A stretch of 32,000 bases of DNA from the NCBI GenBank assembly GCA_900234795.1, contig LT962688.1, positions 1,950,001 to 1,982,000 on the forward strand, written 5' to 3'. The DNA comes from Methylorubrum extorquens. GTDB lineage: Bacteria; Pseudomonadota; Alphaproteobacteria; Rhizobiales; Beijerinckiaceae. The notes below the pieces were generated by a model. It made no database searches. It saw nothing but the letters and a program-made list of their open reading frames with translations, and was not told the origin of the DNA. Both the position numbers and the translations under genes were made by a program. This document shows positions 1-8,884 of the stretch, piece by piece; the first letter of the stretch is position 1; each line of letters begins with the position of its first letter.

Positions 1-145
1 GCAAGAGGCCCAAGCATGGCCGTTGCTGGTCGATCACCCTGCCGAAAGGCAGAGCGTGCGAAGGTCCGAGCCGGGTTGCAAACGGGCCCTTGCGAGCGGG
101 TGCAAGGCGTCAGATTCCAACCTCTGGAGGGCCGGAAGAAGATGA

Positions 146-652
146 TCACTGACTTGATCGCTGCGGCCCAGCGCCGCCTCCATCAACGGAATGCGTCTGC
201 AGGTATGCAATGACATCGGTCCGGTCGAGGGGATCGTGAAGTCCGCTAAAAGCCATGCTTGTACCCGGCGCGAACTTCGCAGGGGCGGCAAGCCAAGCGT
301 CCAACCTTTCCGGCGTCCAGACGCCGCCCGCCGACCGGAGAGCCCCCGTGTAGCCGAAGCGTCGGCTGTTGCTCGCGACCAGCTTGCCAACCACGTCGTA
401 GAGACCGGGGCCGTTTCGGTCGCCGGCTCCCATCTTAACCGTGTGACAGGCGGCGCACTGGCCGAACAAGCGACCGCCCCGTCCCGCGTCGGCCACCCGC
501 ATGAAGTCGCCGAAGCCCGGGGTGTCGCCCAGGGAACGGCGGCGCTCCTGGCTATCATCCGAGCAGGCCGTGACGAGGAAGGCCAGCGCGAGTAGCATGG
601 CAAGCTGGCTGAGTGAGGGACGACGGAGGAGGCGCGTCACCCGTTCAATCAT
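146..652 (-). CDS. class I c-type cytochrome (c2/c550-like), probably lipid-anchored
   Basis: Taken from ORF 146..661. There is a single CAACH haem-binding motif (TGC GCC GCC TGT CAC, nt 443-457 on the minus strand). A later PGTSMAF segment supplies a candidate Met ligand. The N-terminus has a basic region and a hydrophobic core ending in the lipobox-like LVTAC. Position 661 is a TTG; the first ATG is at 652. Confidence 0.8.
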   Translation of the reverse strand: MIERVTRLLRRPSLSQLAMLLALAFLVTACSDDSQERRRSLGDTPGFGDFMRVADAGRGGRLFGQCAACHTVKMGAGDRNGPGLYDVVGKLVASNSRRFGYTGALRSAGGVWTPERLDAWLAAPAKFAPGTSMAFSGLHDPLDRTDVIAYLQTHSVDGGGAGPQRSSQ

Positions 653-687
653 GTGAACCAACGTCTATCGTAGACATCCGCGCATAG

Positions 688-1707
688 TCAGAGAGGTCGG
701 ACAGGTAAGAGCTTGCCGCGCACCAGCTGGCCCAGCGTCCTCAGCGCGATCCAACCGATGATCAGGTTGGCCGCGACGAATAGCGGAACTGCGAGGGACG
801 CGCTCGGTCCTGCCAGCCCACGCTCCGTCAGGCGCAACGCGGCGAGCGGAAGGGCCGAGACGCCGAACGTGTAGGCCCAGGCCGCCGGCGAGAACGACTG
901 CTGGCGCAGCCAGGGCACCAGCCGCACCATGACCATGGCATGAAGTAGGGCGTAGCCGAAGAGGATTTGAGCCAGCCGGTCTGGCGGCCCATCCGTAACC
1001 GCCAGGTAGGCGACGCAGGCTACCGCGGGTGGTGCTAGGTGCAGTCCGAGCGAGGCGCGCAGCGGCACCGGCAGGGTCTGCAGGATCAGCCTATGAATGA
1101 CGACCGATTCGAGCGTTAGCCACGACAGAAGACCGGCGCCGAAGTAGAGCAGGCCCAGTTCCTTCATGCCGAAGGCGGCGCATGTGATGGCCGCTACGAA
1201 GCCTCCGCCGACAGTGGGCATGTAGAGGATCGGCGTCGTCGCCTCGAAGGCACGGTCGCCCATCCAGAGGCCGCCCACGCCCCAGACGGCGAAGAGGGTC
1301 GCCCCGGCAAGCCCTGCCAAAGCCATCACCCAGGCGACGTCCGGCCAGTGCGGCGCAAGGCCAACGCTGGCGATCATCGTGGCGACGGGCGCCAAAGAGG
1401 CGAAGAACGAGGACGTCGGGTCTCGCGCCTCGATCAGCACCGTGTCCCGGTCGTTCAGCCACCGGGCGGCGTAGAAGACCAGCCACGCCGCCCAGACCAC
1501 CACGCCGAAGAGCGAGAGCGCCTCGCCTACCCAGGCCGGCGCCAACCCGAGGCGCGCGGCGGCGCGCCAGCCGTTGCCCAGACCGCAGAGCCCCAGAACC
1601 ATCCCGAAGAAGGTAGCCGGTACCCTGGTCCGTCGAAACCACGCGAAGTCACGCCGAAGTTTGATGGAGTCTTCTCGCTCCCCGGCCGGGCTAGCCACAT
1701 CAGACAC
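688..1707 (-). CDS. TehA/TDT-family (tellurite-resistance / dicarboxylate transporter-like) integral membrane protein
   Basis: The 339-aa product is hydrophobic throughout, with about 10 helices. The N-terminal segment VPATFFGMVLGLCGLGNGWRAA resembles the TehA N-terminal signature. The start is a GTG at 1707, so it is uncertain. It lies 1 nt downstream of the MocR stop codon. Confidence 0.7.
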   Translation of the reverse strand: MSDVASPAGEREDSIKLRRDFAWFRRTRVPATFFGMVLGLCGLGNGWRAAARLGLAPAWVGEALSLFGVVVWAAWLVFYAARWLNDRDTVLIEARDPTSSFFASLAPVATMIASVGLAPHWPDVAWVMALAGLAGATLFAVWGVGGLWMGDRAFEATTPILYMPTVGGGFVAAITCAAFGMKELGLLYFGAGLLSWLTLESVVIHRLILQTLPVPLRASLGLHLAPPAVACVAYLAVTDGPPDRLAQILFGYALLHAMVMVRLVPWLRQQSFSPAAWAYTFGVSALPLAALRLTERGLAGPSASLAVPLFVAANLIIGWIALRTLGQLVRGKLLPVRPL

Positions 1708-1708
1708 G

Positions 1709-3100
1709 TCAGACGACCGTGGAAATCGCGCCGGGCGGATGCGTCAGCAACGTCGCGAGCAGGCTCAACCCATACCGCAGCGTCTCGGCATCCGGTGCAG
1801 CGCCCAGAGAGACACGAATGGCCTCGGGAGCGGATCCGACAGCGAAGGCGTCGCTCAGGATGACCGATAGCCCGAGCTGCCTGGCATGAGCCCCGAACTC
1901 GCCGCGACGCCACGGCTCGGGAAGCCCAAGCCAGAGGTGGTGCCCGCAGGAATGCGCGCGGACATCAAGATTACACAAGGTCTCGCGCGCGATCGCCTGC
2001 CGGAGGCCGTTCTCCTGGCGGATGGCCGCGACGACCGCGTCGAGCTCGCCTTCGGCAATCCACTGCGAGGCGAGCGCGGCCGTGAGCGGCGAGGCCATCA
2101 TGTTGATGGCCCGCAGCTCGGCGGAGAGCCGCACCGCCTCGTTCGTCCCGGGTACCGCGACGTAGGCAATGCGCAGGCCCGGGCTGACGCACTTAGACAG
2201 CGTCGCGATGTGCCACGTGATGTCCCCGGCCAGGGCGGCGATGGGGGCCGGAGCGTCGGGCGGCAGCACGCCGTAGGCGTCGTCCTCGATGACCGCAACG
2301 CCGTGCGCGCGCGCGACCTCGGCGATCCGCTCGCGGCGCGCCGTCGGCAGCGTCGCGGTGGTCGGGTTGTCCAGTGTCGGCACAAGGTACAGGGCACGCG
2401 GTCGCTCAGCTTTGCAACTCTCCAGGAACGCGTCCGGGTCGAGCCCGTCCGCATCGCAGGCGACCGGAACGAGGCGTGCGCCGCGGCGCTCGGCGGCCAT
2501 GCGCAGACCCGGGTAGGTCAGGGCCGGAACGCAGAGCGCGTCGCCCGGTTTGAGGATGGCGGCAAGCACGGCGGCGAGCACGACCTGGGCGCCGCCTCCC
2601 ACGAGGACGCGCTGCACCGGAAGCCGCCCGAACCGCTGGCCGAGCCACTGCGCCGCAGCAACGCGGTCGGCCAGGTTCCCGGCGCTGTCCTGGTACTGCA
2701 TGCGATCGAGGAAGCCCGGCGAGCCGGCAAGTCGCGACAGGCCTGTCTGCATACGCTCGGCCAGACGCGCCGCGATCGGCTGGGGCGGCATGTTCATGCT
2801 GAAGTCGACGCTTCCGGACGGGTCCGGCCGACGCATCTCAGCAGACGGCGGCGTGGGTCCGCGAACGAAGCTGCCCCTACCGGCGGTGGCATCGATCAAG
2901 CCCGTCCGGCGCGCCTCGTTGAAGGCACGCGTGACCGTGGTGAGGTCGACGTTGAGGTGCTTGGCCAGGGCGCGCTGCGGCGGCAGGCGCACGCCCGGCG
3001 GCAGCCGGCCGGCACGGATGTCATCGGCCAGTGCCTTTACAATGGCCAGGTACTTCGGGCCTGCGTCGCCAGCGATTGTCGGGTTCCAGGATTCCATCAT
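1709..3100 (-). CDS. MocR/GabR/PdxR-type regulator (GntR winged-helix domain fused to a fold-type I aminotransferase domain)
   Basis: The N-terminus carries a GntR HTH (PPQRALAKHLNVDLTTVTRAFNEARRTG). The C-terminal aminotransferase-like domain has a PLP-lysine context (IATLSKCVSPGLRIAYV). The ORF extends to 3136, but MMESWNP at 3100 fits the family N-terminus better. Confidence 0.85.
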   Translation of the reverse strand: MMESWNPTIAGDAGPKYLAIVKALADDIRAGRLPPGVRLPPQRALAKHLNVDLTTVTRAFNEARRTGLIDATAGRGSFVRGPTPPSAEMRRPDPSGSVDFSMNMPPQPIAARLAERMQTGLSRLAGSPGFLDRMQYQDSAGNLADRVAAAQWLGQRFGRLPVQRVLVGGGAQVVLAAVLAAILKPGDALCVPALTYPGLRMAAERRGARLVPVACDADGLDPDAFLESCKAERPRALYLVPTLDNPTTATLPTARRERIAEVARAHGVAVIEDDAYGVLPPDAPAPIAALAGDITWHIATLSKCVSPGLRIAYVAVPGTNEAVRLSAELRAINMMASPLTAALASQWIAEGELDAVVAAIRQENGLRQAIARETLCNLDVRAHSCGHHLWLGLPEPWRRGEFGAHARQLGLSVILSDAFAVGSAPEAIRVSLGAAPDAETLRYGLSLLATLLTHPPGAISTVV

Positions 3101-3123
3101 TGACCCCTGCTCTCTCGCGCTGG

Positions 3124-3235
3124 TGTATGCATACATCCGTCATACAGGCAAGGCGAGACATAGCCTTGTCTGGGATCGCGCCTTAGAAGCAGCCAGCTTC
3201 CTCCACGAATGTATGGATATCTAAGCCATACATTC
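3124..3235. promoter_or_regulatory. cluster of TGTATG/CATACA hexamers; candidate operator in the MocR / DUF983-hemA divergent region
   Basis: A perfect 12-bp palindrome TGTATGCATACA sits at 3124-3135. A further CATACA is at 3141-3146. A perfect 10-bp inverted repeat GAATGTATGG-N9-CCATACATTC spans 3207-3235. All share the same hexamer core. Confidence 0.35.
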
Positions 3236-3294
3236 GGAGCGCGCAAGGCGCCCCTCCATGCCGCCGGACGGCAGGCGGTTCAGGAACGTGGACG

Positions 3295-3700
3295 ATGCAA
3301 AGGACCACCGATCAATTGATGCTTTCCGTTGGGCTGCGCTGCCGCTGCCCGCGCTGCGGCGAGGGGCGCCTGTTTAACGGCTTCATCACCTTGAAGCCAC
3401 GCTGCGAGGCGTGCGGCCTTGATTATAGCTTCGCTGACCCAGCCGATGGACCCGCCTTCTTCATCATGATGACGATGGCCTTCCCGGTGACAGCCTTCGG
3501 CATTTGGTTCGAGCTCGCATACGAACCGCCGGTCTGGGTTCATGCGGTCGTGACGCTCCCGCTTCTCTTGCTGGCCTGCGTGCCGGTCATCCGGCCGCTG
3601 AAGGGGGCTCTTCATCGCCAGCCAGTACATCAACAAGGCGGGAGAAGGCCGCCTGGCGACTTCGGCAGCACCCAACACGAGTCCTACGACCGGAGACTGA
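3295..3700 (+). pseudogene. DUF983 family zinc-ribbon membrane protein, frameshifted at a G5 run
   Basis: Frame 1 gives [16 protein letters not shown] followed by two TM helices and ..RPLKG. The conserved C-terminus [16 protein letters not shown] continues in frame 2 from 3608 to a TGA at 3698-3700. The switch point is the GGGGG run at 3603-3607. Confidence 0.7.
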
Positions 3701-3801
3701 CCCTGCCGCTCCACCGCGCGGTCCCGGGCAGACGCGCACCGGCGGCATCGCCCGACGCTGGGCTTGCCATGACTTCATCCGACCTGACGAGGACCGGGAC
3801 G

Positions 3802-5028
3802 ATGCTCCCCTATTCCGACGTGTTCGAGGCTTCCGTCCGGAAGCTTCGCGAGGACGGCTGTTACCGGACGTTCATCGAGCTTGAGCGTAATGTCGGCACA
3901 TCCCCGGCTGCCATCTGGAGGCATCCAGACGGCAGCCGCCGGCCGGTCACGGTCTGGTGCAGCAACGATTACCTTGGGATGGGACACAGCCCCCAGGTCA
4001 TTAACGCCATGCATGCGGCCCTGGACCGCTACGGTGCCGGCGCGGGCGGCACACGCAACATCTCCGGCACCGCCCACGAGCACGTGCTGCTGGATCACGA
4101 CCTGGCCGACCTGCATGGGAAGGAGGCCGCGCTCCTGTTCACCTCGGGCTACGTCTCGAACCTCGCGGCTCTGAGCGTGCTCGGCCAAGTGCTGCCGGAC
4201 AGCGTTATCCTCTCGGACGCCGGCAACCACAACTCGATGATCGAGGGCATCCGCCGCTCGGGAGGCGCGAAGGCGATCTTCCCGCACAACGACGTCGCCG
4301 CGCTCGACAGGCTGCTCGCGCAGTTCGATCCTGAACGGCCCAAGATCGTCGCGTTCGAGAGCGTCTACAGCATGGACGGCGACGTGGCGCCCATCGCCGA
4401 GATCTGCGACGTCGCGGAGCGCCACGGGGCGCTCACCTACCTCGACGAGGTGCACGCGGTCGGGATGTACGGCCCGCACGGCGCAGGCATTGCGGAGCGC
4501 GAGGGCGTCGCCCATCGCGTCACCCTGATCGAGGCGACGCTCGGCAAGGCCTTCGGCGTCATGGGCGGCTACGTCGCTGGGCCCTCCACGGTCGTCGACG
4601 TCATCCGCAGCCATGCGGCGGGCTTCATCTTCACGACCTCGCTGTGCCCGCACCTGGCCGCTGGCGCACGGGCGGCGGTGCGGCACCTCAGGGACAGCCA
4701 AGCGGAACGGGCAACGCAGCAACGGGCTGCGGCGATCTTGATGGCCATGCTGCGCAAGGCAGGCCTGCCGGTCCTGCCGAGTCAGAGCCACATCTTGCCG
4801 GTGATGGTCGGCGACGCCCACCTCTGCCGGAGGATCAGCGAGGAGTTGCTGGAGCGCCACGGCATCTACGTCCAGCCGATCAACTATCCAACCGTGCCGC
4901 GCGGCGGCGAGCGGTTGAGGATCACCCCGACTCCGCTCCACACCGAGGAGCACATGCGGGCGCTCGTGGGGGCGCTCGTCGAGGTTCGTTCACGCCTGGG
5001 CTGGGGCGAGGTCTCGCTGGCCGCCTGA
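3802..5028 (+). CDS. hemA: 5-aminolevulinate synthase
   Basis: The N-terminus has the [15 protein letters not shown] pattern. The oxoamine-synthase core includes WCSNDYLGM, and the PLP-lysine motif is [14 protein letters not shown]. Starting at ATG 3802 gives 408 aa, the normal size. An alternative ATG lies at 3769. The 577-aa track ORF is an artefact of read-through from the DUF983 frame. Confidence 0.9.
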   Translation: MLPYSDVFEASVRKLREDGCYRTFIELERNVGTSPAAIWRHPDGSRRPVTVWCSNDYLGMGHSPQVINAMHAALDRYGAGAGGTRNISGTAHEHVLLDHDLADLHGKEAALLFTSGYVSNLAALSVLGQVLPDSVILSDAGNHNSMIEGIRRSGGAKAIFPHNDVAALDRLLAQFDPERPKIVAFESVYSMDGDVAPIAEICDVAERHGALTYLDEVHAVGMYGPHGAGIAEREGVAHRVTLIEATLGKAFGVMGGYVAGPSTVVDVIRSHAAGFIFTTSLCPHLAAGARAAVRHLRDSQAERATQQRAAAILMAMLRKAGLPVLPSQSHILPVMVGDAHLCRRISEELLERHGIYVQPINYPTVPRGGERLRITPTPLHTEEHMRALVGALVEVRSRLGWGEVSLAA

Positions 5029-5073
5029 CCACGGCTCTCCTCACCTCATCGAGATACGCAATAGGTGACCAAC

Positions 5074-6492
5074 ATGCTGGCGAACGTTGACGCCCTGCTG
5101 CTTGCACGGTGGCAGTTCGGGTTCACGGTGGCCTTCCACATCGTATTCCCGGCTTTCTCTATAGGCCTCGCCAGCTACCTGGCGGTGCTGGAGGGTCTCT
5201 GGTTGGCTACCGGACGGCAGGTGTTCATCGACCTGTTCCGGTACTGGATCAAGATCTTCGCCATCGCCTTCGCCATGGGCGTCGTGTCCGGCCTGGTCAT
5301 GTCCTACCAGTTCGGCACGAACTGGTCCGTCTATGCCGATAAAACGGGGCCCGTTCTCGGTCCGCTGATGGCCTACGAGGTGCTCTCGGCCTTCTTCTTG
5401 GAGGCCGGCTTCCTCGGCGTCATGCTCTTCGGCATGAGCAGGGTTGGCCCGCGCCTACACTTTGTCGCCACCCTGATGGTGGCCATCGGGACCTTCTTCT
5501 CGGCGTTCTGGATCCTGTCCGTGAACTCCTGGATGCAGACGCCGCAGGGTCACACGGTCAACGCGGCCGGCCAGTTCGTGCCGGCAGATTGGTGGGCCAT
5601 CGTCTTCAATCCCTCCTTCCCCTATCGCCTCGTCCACATGGTCCTGGCCGCCTACTTGACCACCGCGCTCGTAGTCGGCGCGGTCGGCGCTTGGCATCTG
5701 CTCCGCGACCGCGCGAACGAGGGCGCGCGGACGATGTTCTCGATGGCGATGTGGATGCTCGCTGTCGTGACTCCGATTCAGATCCTGGCCGGCGACGCCC
5801 ACGGCCTGAACACGCTGGAGCACCAGCCGACCAAGGTCATGGCCATGGAAGGCCACTTCCAAAGCCATCCGGACGGCGCCCCGCTCATCCTGTTCGGCCT
5901 GCCCGACCAGGAGGCCGGCACGGTCCGCTACGCGGTCGAGGTGCCGAAGCTGTCCTCGCTGATCCTGAAGCACGGCCTGAACGAGCCGCTGAAGGGTCTC
6001 GACAGCGTGCCGCGGGAGAACTGGCCGCCCGTCCCCGTGGTGTTCTGGTCCTTCCGGGTGATGGTCAGCCTCGGCATGCTGATGCTGCTGCTCGGCGTGG
6101 CAAGCTTGCTCGCCCGCTACAAGGGCAGGCTCTACGAATGGGCAACGTTGCACCGCTTCGCCCTCGGCATGGGACCGGCCGGCTTCGTCGCCGTCGTCGC
6201 AGGCTGGATCACCACCGAGGTCGGGCGCCAGCCCTTCACCGTCTACGGCCTTCTGCGCACGGCGGAGTCGGCCTCGCCGCTTCACGCACCCGCCGTCGCC
6301 GCATCGCTCATCGCCTTCGTGCTGGTCTACTTCGCAGTGTTCGGGATGGGCATCCTCTACATCCTGCACCTGATGGCGAAGTCGCCGCACCGTGGCGAAC
6401 CCGGGATTGAGCCCGGCGCGCCGATCCGCACCGCCGGCATCACGCCCGCGCCGTCGGTCGACCTCGACCGCACCCTCCACCCGGCCGAGTAA
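5074..6492 (+). CDS. cydA: cytochrome bd-type ubiquinol oxidase subunit I (short Q-loop, CIO-like by length)
   Basis: The N-terminus LLARWQFGFTVAFHIVFPAFSIGL is the CydA signature. The product is multi-TM and about 472 aa. An AGGTGA Shine-Dalgarno-like sequence sits 5 nt upstream of ATG 5074; the track start at 5065 is a GTG. Confidence 0.9.
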   Translation: MLANVDALLLARWQFGFTVAFHIVFPAFSIGLASYLAVLEGLWLATGRQVFIDLFRYWIKIFAIAFAMGVVSGLVMSYQFGTNWSVYADKTGPVLGPLMAYEVLSAFFLEAGFLGVMLFGMSRVGPRLHFVATLMVAIGTFFSAFWILSVNSWMQTPQGHTVNAAGQFVPADWWAIVFNPSFPYRLVHMVLAAYLTTALVVGAVGAWHLLRDRANEGARTMFSMAMWMLAVVTPIQILAGDAHGLNTLEHQPTKVMAMEGHFQSHPDGAPLILFGLPDQEAGTVRYAVEVPKLSSLILKHGLNEPLKGLDSVPRENWPPVPVVFWSFRVMVSLGMLMLLLGVASLLARYKGRLYEWATLHRFALGMGPAGFVAVVAGWITTEVGRQPFTVYGLLRTAESASPLHAPAVAASLIAFVLVYFAVFGMGILYILHLMAKSPHRGEPGIEPGAPIRTAGITPAPSVDLDRTLHPAE

Positions 6493-6502
6493 GGAGCCCA
6501 TC

Positions 6503-7510
6503 ATGCTCGCCAACATCGACCTGACGGTTGTCTGGGCGCTCATCATCGCCTTCGCGGTCTTCGCCTACATCGTGATGGACGGCTTCGACCTCGGCATCGG
6601 CATCCTGTTCCCGGCCCTCCTACCGGGGCACGAGCGCGACACGGCGATGAACTCCATCGCTCCGGTCTGGGACGGCAACGAGACTTGGCTGGTGCTCGGC
6701 GGCGGCGGCCTGTTCGCGGTCTTCCCGCTGGCTTACGCGGTCATCATGCCGGCGCTCTACGCGCCGATCATCGCGATGCTGCTCGGGCTGATCTTCCGCG
6801 GCGTCGCCTTCGAGTTCCGCTGGCGCGACCCGCGCCACCGGGCGCTCTGGGACGTCGCCTTTGCCGGGGGCTCCGTCGTCGCAGCGCTTGCCCAAGGCAT
6901 CACCCTCGGCGCCCTCCTGCATGGCATCAAGGTGGAGGGCCGCGCCTATGCGGGCGGCTGGTGGGACTGGCTGACCCCGTTCAGCCTCCTCGTCGGTTTT
7001 GGCATCGTCTGCGGCTACGCCCTGCTCGGCGCCACCTGGCTGGTGATGCGGACAGGGGGGAGCCTGCAGGAGCGGTCGCGCACCTTCTCGCTCTGGCTCG
7101 GCGCGGCCACGGTCGCGGTCATCGCCGCCGTCAGCGCCGCGACGCCCTTCCTGGAGGGCAAGTATTGGGAGCGCTGGTTCTCGATGCCGAGCGTGCTGCT
7201 CACCGCCCAGGTGCCGCTCCTCGTCGCGGTGGCGTCATTCCTGTTCTTCCGCTCGCTGCGCGGTGGATCGGAGAGAACGCCGTTCCTGCTGGCGCTCGGC
7301 CTGTTCCTGCTGTCCTTCGTCGGTCTGGGGATCAGCATCTTCCCCGACGTCGTGCCGGGCCGCATCACGATCTGGGAGGCGGCGGCACCGCATTCGAGTC
7401 AGGTCTTCCTGCTCGTAGGCGCGTCCGTCCTGATCCCGACCATCCTGGCCTACACGGCCTACTCATACTGGGTCTTCCGCGGGAAGGTCGACGCAACGGG
7501 GTACCATTGA
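6503..7510 (+). CDS. cydB: cytochrome bd-type ubiquinol oxidase subunit II
   Basis: The sequence MLANIDLTVVWALIIAFAVFAYIVMDGFDLGIGILF is the CydB N-terminal signature. An AAGGAG RBS lies at 6491-6496. The start is 11 nt after the cydA stop. Confidence 0.9.
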   Translation: MLANIDLTVVWALIIAFAVFAYIVMDGFDLGIGILFPALLPGHERDTAMNSIAPVWDGNETWLVLGGGGLFAVFPLAYAVIMPALYAPIIAMLLGLIFRGVAFEFRWRDPRHRALWDVAFAGGSVVAALAQGITLGALLHGIKVEGRAYAGGWWDWLTPFSLLVGFGIVCGYALLGATWLVMRTGGSLQERSRTFSLWLGAATVAVIAAVSAATPFLEGKYWERWFSMPSVLLTAQVPLLVAVASFLFFRSLRGGSERTPFLLALGLFLLSFVGLGISIFPDVVPGRITIWEAAAPHSSQVFLLVGASVLIPTILAYTAYSYWVFRGKVDATGYH

Positions 7511-7647
7511 TGGACGACGCATCCGCCCCCGACCTGACGGCCCCGCTATGGCACCGCCTCTTATGGTTCGCCTCGCTGTGGGCCGGCAGCGTCCTCTCGC
7601 TCGGGCTCGTCGCCGGCATCCTGAGAACTTGGCTGAAGGCGAGCTGA
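7510..7647 (+). CDS. small (45 aa) single-TM protein, DUF2474-like, translationally coupled to cydB
   Basis: Its ATG overlaps the cydB TGA (ATTGATGG). The product is MDDASAPDLTAPLWHRLLWFASLWAGSVLSLGLVAGILRTWLKAS. From memory, short proteins of this shape follow cioB in many proteobacteria. Confidence 0.55.
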   Translation: MDDASAPDLTAPLWHRLLWFASLWAGSVLSLGLVAGILRTWLKAS

Positions 7648-7696
7648 CACACCGTCCTTCGATCCCGGCCGCTCCTCATCCAGAGTTGGACTTCTC

Positions 7697-8032
7697 ATGT
7701 CGTCGAAACCTGTTGTCACGGCCGCCATTGTTCCGGCCGGGTCGATCCTGTTCGACACTGCGCGGACGTTGGACAAGCTCGCGGATCTCGCGAGTGACGC
7801 CGCGGCCCACGGGGCCGACTTGGCGGTGTTCCCAGAGGCGTTCGTCGGCGGCTACCCGAAGGGGCTCGACTTCGGTGCGACCGTCGGCTCCCGCACGCCG
7901 GTGGGCCGGGACGACTTCCTCCGCTACCACGCGGGTGCCATCGACGTGCCGGGGCCCGCGACCGAGGCCATCGCCGCAGTCGCCCGCGCCGGCAAGCTGC
8001 ACATCGTCGTCGGCGTGATCGAACGGGCCGGC
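7697..8032 (+). pseudogene. nitrilase / C-N hydrolase superfamily, N-terminal ~112-aa fragment
   Basis: The fragment contains ..GADLAVFPEAFVGGYPKG (catalytic Glu region) ..IDVPGP..LHIVVGVIERAG. After that the sequence becomes non-homologous and low-complexity. The Lys and Cys catalytic segments are missing. Confidence 0.65.
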
Positions 8033-8293
8033 CGCCCGGCTGATCGACCTCAAGGGTCAGGAAAGCGCGAAGGGTTGGGCGGAGCGCGTGAACACCGACC
8101 GCGCCGTCACGCAGGCGTCCAACTGAACTGCTCCTGTCCCACGCCTTCGCCTCAACGCGCAGCCAGATGCCGACCTTCGTAGGGTCCGCAGAGGGCCGCG
8201 GCAGCCTGGACGACGTGTGCCAGGCCTCGGGTTCCGGCCGCCTGGCGCCCGGAGCCTCAACGAAGTTGCCTGCCAGGGTGAGACGGACAATTG

Positions 8294-8640
8294 TCAGCTA
8301 AGCCTGCCCGTGACCTCCTGAACCGCCTGCCGAGCCGCCTCGACGGCGCCTGCCATGAAGCCGGGCTCGATGGGGCTGGCCTCGCTGCCGGCCAGCGATA
8401 GGCATTCGGACCAGCGACCGGTGACCCAAGCCACGGATGTGGCTGAGGGATGCGCACTGCCGCTGCGGTCTTCGGCGGTCGCCGTGAGGGCGTCCGCGGC
8501 CCAGTCCTTGATGAGCGTCTTGCGGGGTCGACCTGCCTCCGGGCCGAACAGGCGCACGAGCTGCGCGGTGCAGGCCGCGCTCAGCGCCCTGACCTGACTG
8601 GCTGGCTTTGGACCGGGCTGATTGAGAGGATCAGCCAGGA
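8294..8640 (-). pseudogene. flavin amine-oxidase-like FAD oxidoreductase, C-terminal fragment
   Basis: The tail of ORF 8294..9166 reads ..LVRLFGPEAG..IKDWAAD......LSLAGSEASPIEPGFMAGAVEAARQAVQEV. This is typical of the C-terminal FAD-binding end of amine oxidases. The upstream two-thirds of that ORF is antisense to the IS3 fragment and is not credible. Confidence 0.5.
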
Positions 8641-8655
8641 CCGAAGGAGTCGGAC

Positions 8656-8884
8656 ATGCGGCGAGGACAGAAGACGAGCGCGGAGCAGGTCGTTTTGAAG
8701 CTGCGCCAGATCGAGGTGCAGACAGCTCAGGGCAAGAGTTTGGCGTTGGCGTGCAAGGAGGCGGAGATCTCCGAGCAGAGCTATTACCGCTGGCGCAAGG
8801 AGTACGGCGGCCTGCAGGTCGATCAAGCCAGGAAGATGAAGGATCTGGAGCGCGAGAACGCTCGCTTGCGGCGGCTTGTGGCTG
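8656..8884 (+). mobile_element. IS3-family transposase OrfA fragment (HTH plus start of the leucine zipper), truncated
   Basis: The product is MRRGQKTSAEQVVLKLRQIEV..GKSLALACKEAEISEQSYYRWRKEYGGLQVDQARKMKDLERENARLRRLVA, with an AAGGAG RBS at 8644-8649. Homology stops at about 8884. There is no orfB and I saw no inverted repeats. Confidence 0.7.

Noticed and set aside
3295-5028. 577-aa ORF read as a single DUF983-ALA synthase fusion protein
   Set aside because: The DUF983 C-terminus continues in the +1 frame after a G5 run. The 55 codons linking it to hemA are Pro/Arg/Gly-rich filler with no family resemblance. hemA has its own normal-length start at 3802. I therefore treat this as a frameshift artefact or pseudogene plus a separate hemA, and kept it as a finding because the fusion cannot be fully excluded.
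1886-6546. Long antisense ORFs opposite MocR (1886..3103), hemA (3775..4953) and cydA (5455..6546)
   Set aside because: The explanation is the same: GC-rich antisense frames lacking stop codons. Their products are low-complexity and Arg/Pro-rich, while the opposite strand carries clear family signatures.
6685-7647. 320-aa plus-strand ORF overlapping cydB in another frame
   Set aside because: Only its final 45 codons, from ATG 7510, make a plausible TM peptide coupled to the cydB stop. The rest is Arg/Pro-rich out-of-frame read-through of cydB.
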